The notes beneath the pieces were generated by a model, which was given only the letters and a program-made list of their open reading frames with translations, searched no databases and was not told where the DNA came from. DNA of 27,327 nt, taken from an uncultured Desulfarculaceae bacterium (lineage in GTDB: Bacteria > Desulfobacterota > Desulfocorpusculales > Desulfocorpusculum). The stretch is taken from positions 1 through 27,327 of the forward strand of contig CAZOXN010000001.1 of assembly GCA_964583655.1 (NCBI GenBank). The letters run 5' to 3'. The position numbers and the translations under genes are program-made. Position 1 is the first letter of the stretch, and each line of letters starts with the position of its first letter. This document shows, one piece after another, positions 23,213-27,327 of the stretch.

Positions 23213-25147
23213 ATGAGGAGAGTGGAGAGGTCTGTGGCGGATACGATCCCCAAGCTCCTCCTGTGGCGAGTCCGCCAGCACGGGGACACCATCGCCATCA
23301 GGGAGAAGGACTACGGGATCTGGCTTTCGTACAGTTGGAAGGCCTACCTGGAGAACGTCAAGAAATTCGCATTGGGCCTGGCAGCCCTCGGTCTGAAAAG
23401 AGGCGACAAGCTCAGCGTCATCGGCGACAACCGGCCCCAGGGCTACTGGGCCCAGGTGGCCGCACTCTGCCTGGGGGCCATCCCTGTCCCCTTGTACCAG
23501 GACGCCATAGAGAAGGAGTTGGAGTACATCATCGAACACTCGGGCGCCAGGTTCATCGTGGCAGAGGATCAGGAACAAGTGGACAAGATGCTGGCCCTCA
23601 AGGAAAAGGTCCCCACCATGGAGTGGATCATCTACGACGACCCGAGGGGGCTCAGGAATTACAGGCAACCGTTTATCAGGGGGTTCACCGCGGTTCAGGA
23701 GCTGGGCGTGCAATTCGAGCGGGAACATCCGGGGTTCTTCGAGGAGGAGGTGGAGAAGGGAAGGCCCGAGGACGTGGCCCTGATCCCTTACACCTCGGGC
23801 ACCACAGGGAACCCGAAGGGTGTGGTGCTGAGCCATGCCAATCTCCTGACCAACGTGAGGCTCCTCCTTCAGGGCGAGGAGTACCGACCCTCAGATCAGC
23901 TCATGGCCTACCTGCCCATGGCCTGGATAGGGGACAGCATCTTTTCCTTGGTCATGCTCTTCGAGGTGGGCCTGACGGTCAACTGTCCGGAGGCCGCCTC
24001 CACTGTCATGCGCGATATGCGGGAGATAGGCCCCACCGTCATGTTCTGCCCACCGAGGATCTGGGAGAACATCCTCACCTCCATCCAGGTCAAGATGGAA
24101 GACGCCTCCTGGATAAAGAGGAAGATGTTCCATTACTTCGTGGATGTGGCTGCACGCGCCTCCGGTTCCCAACTGGCCCACAGGAGGGTCTCCCCATGGC
24201 TTCGCCTCCTCCGTGCCCTGGGCGAACTGTTGGTCTACGCACCCCTTAGGGACAACCTGGGGATGGGAAATATACGATACGCGTACACGGCCGGGGCCGC
24301 CCTGGGCCCCGAGGTGTTCCAGTTCTATAGGTCCATCGGGGTGAATCTCAAGCAGGTCTACGGTCTGACGGAATCCAGTGCCATGTGTACCTTTCAGCCG
24401 GATGAGGACGTCAAGCTGGATACGGTCGGTATCCCAGCGGCGGATGTGGAGATAAGGGTGAGCGAAGGTGGCGAGGTCCTCATCAGGAGCCCCGGGGTAT
24501 TTCAAGGCTACTACAAGAACCAGGAGGCCACCTGCGAGACCCTGGTCGGGGGGTGGTTGCACACAGGTGATGCGGGGATCGTGGACAGGGACGGCCACCT
24601 GAAGATCATAGACCGGGCCAAGGACGTAAGCACACTGGCCAATGGGACCATATTCGCACCTCAGTACATAGAGAACAAGTTGAAGTTCAGCCCGTACATA
24701 AAGGAGGCGGTCACGGTCGGACAGGGGAGGGAATGGGTGGCAGCCATGATCAACATCGACATGGAGGCCGTGGGGAATTGGGCGGAACGCAGGAGCATCG
24801 GATACACCTCCTACACCGACTTGTCTCAGAAGCCAGAGGTCTACGAACTCATCTACAAAGAGGTCGGCAAGGTGAATGCGAGCCTGTACGCCGAGGAACA
24901 GCTCAGAGGTGCCCAGATAAGGAGATTCTTGATCCTTCACAAGGAGCTCGACCCGGACGATGCCGAGATCACGCGGACGCGCAAGGTAAGGAGGCGATTC
25001 ATCGCCCAGAAATACGCGGATCTCATCGAGGCCCTGTACTCGGACAAGGCCGGTGTGGACGTGGAGGCCAAGGTAACGTACGAGGATGGAAGGACAGCGC
25101 TCATCAGGGCCTATTTGAAGATCCGCGATGTGGAGGTCCTGCAATAG
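23213..25147 (+). CDS. Long-chain-type acyl-CoA synthetase, paralogue of 2876-4795
   Basis: About 644 aa; start ATG 23213, or GTG 23222/23234. YTSGTTGNPKG, YGLTE, GWLHTGDAG and EITRTRKVRR. Confidence 0.92.
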   Translation: MRRVERSVADTIPKLLLWRVRQHGDTIAIREKDYGIWLSYSWKAYLENVKKFALGLAALGLKRGDKLSVIGDNRPQGYWAQVAALCLGAIPVPLYQDAIEKELEYIIEHSGARFIVAEDQEQVDKMLALKEKVPTMEWIIYDDPRGLRNYRQPFIRGFTAVQELGVQFEREHPGFFEEEVEKGRPEDVALIPYTSGTTGNPKGVVLSHANLLTNVRLLLQGEEYRPSDQLMAYLPMAWIGDSIFSLVMLFEVGLTVNCPEAASTVMRDMREIGPTVMFCPPRIWENILTSIQVKMEDASWIKRKMFHYFVDVAARASGSQLAHRRVSPWLRLLRALGELLVYAPLRDNLGMGNIRYAYTAGAALGPEVFQFYRSIGVNLKQVYGLTESSAMCTFQPDEDVKLDTVGIPAADVEIRVSEGGEVLIRSPGVFQGYYKNQEATCETLVGGWLHTGDAGIVDRDGHLKIIDRAKDVSTLANGTIFAPQYIENKLKFSPYIKEAVTVGQGREWVAAMINIDMEAVGNWAERRSIGYTSYTDLSQKPEVYELIYKEVGKVNASLYAEEQLRGAQIRRFLILHKELDPDDAEITRTRKVRRRFIAQKYADLIEALYSDKAGVDVEAKVTYEDGRTALIRAYLKIRDVEVLQ

Positions 25148-25152
25148 AGGTC

Positions 25153-25962
25153 ATGGACGCTAAGGGAGAAGAGATCCAGAGGCGCTCGGACGGCCCCCCC
25201 TTGCTGGAGGCCCAGAACGTCCACATGATGTTCGGCGGGCTGATGGCCCTCCATGGTGTGAGCCTGCAGATAAAGAAGGGGGAGATCCTGGCAGTCATAG
25301 GGCCTAATGGGGCCGGAAAGACTACCTTGATCAACATATTCAGCGGGGTTTATCACCCCAACCCTGGCCGAATCCTCTTCGATGGCATGGATCGTACCAC
25401 CATGCCGCCTCATCACGTGGCTGCCCTCGGCATCGCCAGGACCTTTCAGAACGTGGCCCTGTTCAAGGGGATGTGCGTCTTGGACAACATCATGGTGGGA
25501 AGGCACCTCCACATGAGAAACGGATTCTTCTCCCAGGGCCTTTACTGGGGCCTGGGTCAGAAGGAGGAGATCAGGCACAGGGAGTTCGTGGAGTGGATCA
25601 TAGACTGGCTGGAGATCGAGCACATCCGCAAGACCCCTGCGGGCATGCTTCCTTATGGTCTCCAGAAACGGGTGGAGCTCGGCAGGGCCCTGGCCGCTGA
25701 ACCCAAGCTGCTGCTCTTGGACGAGCCCATGGCCGGCATGAACCTGGAAGAGAAGGAGGACATAGCCCGCTTCATCCTCGACGCCAACGAGGAGTTGGGC
25801 ACCACCATATGCTTGGTGGAACACGACATGGGGGTGGTGATGGACATATCCGACCGAGTCGTGGTCCTGGACTACGGCCAGAAGATCGCCGATGGCACCC
25901 CTGAGGAGATCCGAAAGGATGACAGGGTAATAAAGGCATACTTGGGGAGCGCTGGGCGATGA
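25153..25962 (+). CDS. livG: LIV-type ABC ATP-binding subunit (LivG-like), second copy
   Basis: 269 aa from ATG 25153. GPNGAGKT, GIARTFQN, LPYGLQKRVELGRALA, LLLDEP and VIKAYLG. Confidence 0.93.
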   Translation: MDAKGEEIQRRSDGPPLLEAQNVHMMFGGLMALHGVSLQIKKGEILAVIGPNGAGKTTLINIFSGVYHPNPGRILFDGMDRTTMPPHHVAALGIARTFQNVALFKGMCVLDNIMVGRHLHMRNGFFSQGLYWGLGQKEEIRHREFVEWIIDWLEIEHIRKTPAGMLPYGLQKRVELGRALAAEPKLLLLDEPMAGMNLEEKEDIARFILDANEELGTTICLVEHDMGVVMDISDRVVVLDYGQKIADGTPEEIRKDDRVIKAYLGSAGR

Positions 25963-26040
25963 CCCTGGACCGAGCCACCAGGGAGGGTGCGCCTGGGGCG
26001 CCGGAGGGTGACCTATACAGGGCGTAGGAGAGATCAACTC

Positions 26041-26931
26041 ATGGCCTTCTTCATGGAGGTATTGATCAGCGGTTTGCTGGCCGGGGTGATGTACTCCCTG
26101 GTCGCCTTGGGATTCGTGATGATCTACAAGGCCTCGGGGGTCTTCAACTTCGCACAGGGGGCCATGGTGCTGTTCGCGGCACTGACCTGCGTGTGCCTGT
26201 CCGAGAGGTTCATGCCTTTCTGGGCAGCATCCCTTCTGACCCTCGGGGTGATGGTCCTCGTGGCTACAGGCATCGAAGGCATCGTCCTTCGGCCATTGGT
26301 GGCCAGACCGCCCATCATCCTCTTCATGGCCACCATCGGCCTGGCCTTTTTCCTGGAGGGACTGGGGCAGGCCATATGGGGGACTGAGGTGCACGGCATC
26401 AACATAGGGATACCGGACAATCCACTGCCTTGGCTGATGCAAAAGGGCCTGATGATAAGCCAGTTCGACTTGGCCGCGGCCATCATCGCCGGCATCCTGG
26501 TGGCTGTCCTCGTCTTCTTCTTCCAGAAGACCCGAACAGGGAGGGCCCTCAGGGCTGTCTCCGATGATCATGAGGCGGCCCTCTCGGTGGGCATCCCCCT
26601 CAGATGGATATGGGGTATCACCTGGGGCATAGCCGGTTTGATCGCCTTGGTGGCCGGTATCATGTGGGGGACCAGGCTGGGGGTCCAATACAGCCTCTCC
26701 CTCATCGTCCTCAAGGCCCTGCCTGTGCTGATCCTCGGGGGCCTGGACAGCATCACAGGGGCCATCGTGGGAGGGCTGATAATCGGGGCCAGCGAGAAGC
26801 TTGCCGAGGTCTATCTGGGTCCCCTGGTAGGGGGAGGCATAGAGAACTTCTTCCCCTATCTCTTGGGGGTGCTGTTCCTCTGGTTCCGACCGTACGGGCT
26901 CTTTGGCCGGGAGATCATCGAGAGGGTATGA
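26041..26931 (+). CDS. livH: LIV-type ABC permease (LivH-like), second copy
   Basis: 296 aa from ATG 26041 (SD AGGAG). FNFAQG, GRALRAVSDD, LGGLDSITGA and RPYGLFG..IERV. Confidence 0.92.
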   Translation: MAFFMEVLISGLLAGVMYSLVALGFVMIYKASGVFNFAQGAMVLFAALTCVCLSERFMPFWAASLLTLGVMVLVATGIEGIVLRPLVARPPIILFMATIGLAFFLEGLGQAIWGTEVHGINIGIPDNPLPWLMQKGLMISQFDLAAAIIAGILVAVLVFFFQKTRTGRALRAVSDDHEAALSVGIPLRWIWGITWGIAGLIALVAGIMWGTRLGVQYSLSLIVLKALPVLILGGLDSITGAIVGGLIIGASEKLAEVYLGPLVGGGIENFFPYLLGVLFLWFRPYGLFGREIIERV

Positions 26932-27027
26932 GGGATGACTGACTCCCGACTACGGTCAGCCTTGTCGCGGCCAAGGCCACACTAGGGCATTTTCCTGAAT
27001 CTTCAGGACAGGGCGGGGTGCGATCCC

Positions 27028-27327
27028 ATGATCTACAGGGAATGCGGGGTATTCAAGGCGACATACAAGGAGGACATGGCCATCTTCCCCATCCCCTTGG
27101 ACAGGTGGGGGGTAGGGGCGATCGTCATTGCGGCGGTGGGGCTGGTCCCTTTGGTGGCCAACGACTACTGGCTGGGGAGCATCCTGATCCCCTTTCTCAT
27201 TTACTCCCTGGCCACCCTAGGGCTCAACCTCCTCACCGGTTACGCTGGCCAGTTGTCCCTGGGGCATGCGGCCTTCATGGCAGTGGGGGCATATACCGCC
27301 TTCAACCTGTCATCCAGGCTGGCCCTC
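27028..27327 (+). CDS. livM: LIV-type ABC permease (LivM-like), second copy, truncated by the window edge
   Basis: 100 open codons, from MIYRECGVFKATYKEDMAIF to GLNLLTGYAGQLSLGHAAFMAVGAY. Confidence 0.88.
   Translation, partial: MIYRECGVFKATYKEDMAIFPIPLDRWGVGAIVIAAVGLVPLVANDYWLGSILIPFLIYSLATLGLNLLTGYAGQLSLGHAAFMAVGAYTAFNLSSRLAL

Noticed and set aside
22509-23298. Minus-strand ORFs of 141 and 221 aa in the large gap
   Set aside because: Pro/Ser/Arg-rich with no motifs, overlapping the plus-strand promoter, the leader and the ACSL2 start.
716-27327. Genome-wide reassignment of TAG to a sense codon
   Set aside because: Six of 20 complete genes end in TAG at family-typical C-termini (for example LivF ...KRWL*, Hbd, DctM), so TAG functions as a stop.

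Overview
GC-rich bacterial DNA, with a gene set typical of an anaerobe of the Desulfobacterota/Deltaproteobacteria type (inference). All complete genes lie on the + strand and form a carboxylate uptake and catabolism region. In order: (i) a LIV-type ABC transporter operon with an acyl-CoA synthetase embedded in it (SBP-livG-ACSL-livH-livM-livF); (ii) a TRAP transporter (dctPQM); (iii) 3-hydroxyacyl-CoA dehydrogenase, iorA (interrupted by one in-frame TAG at 12725-12727), iorB, paaK, a fused GlcD/GlcF-type FAD/Fe-S 2-hydroxyacid dehydrogenase, a third CoA ligase, and an HgdC-type activator plus a single 2-hydroxyacyl-CoA dehydratase alpha/BcrB-family subunit; (iv) a ~940-nt non-coding gap with a sigma70-like promoter and a strongly base-paired ~180-nt leader; (v) a second, paralogous ACSL-livG-livH-livM cassette running off the right edge. 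A divergent gene probably starts at the left edge. No rRNA, tRNA, CRISPR array or transposase was recognised. The strongest leads are the amber-interrupted iorA, the structured leader at 22994-23174, the duplicated ABC+CoA-ligase modules, the partnerless dehydratase/reductase subunit, and intergenic heptamer repeats. All RNA structures were paired by eye, not computed.
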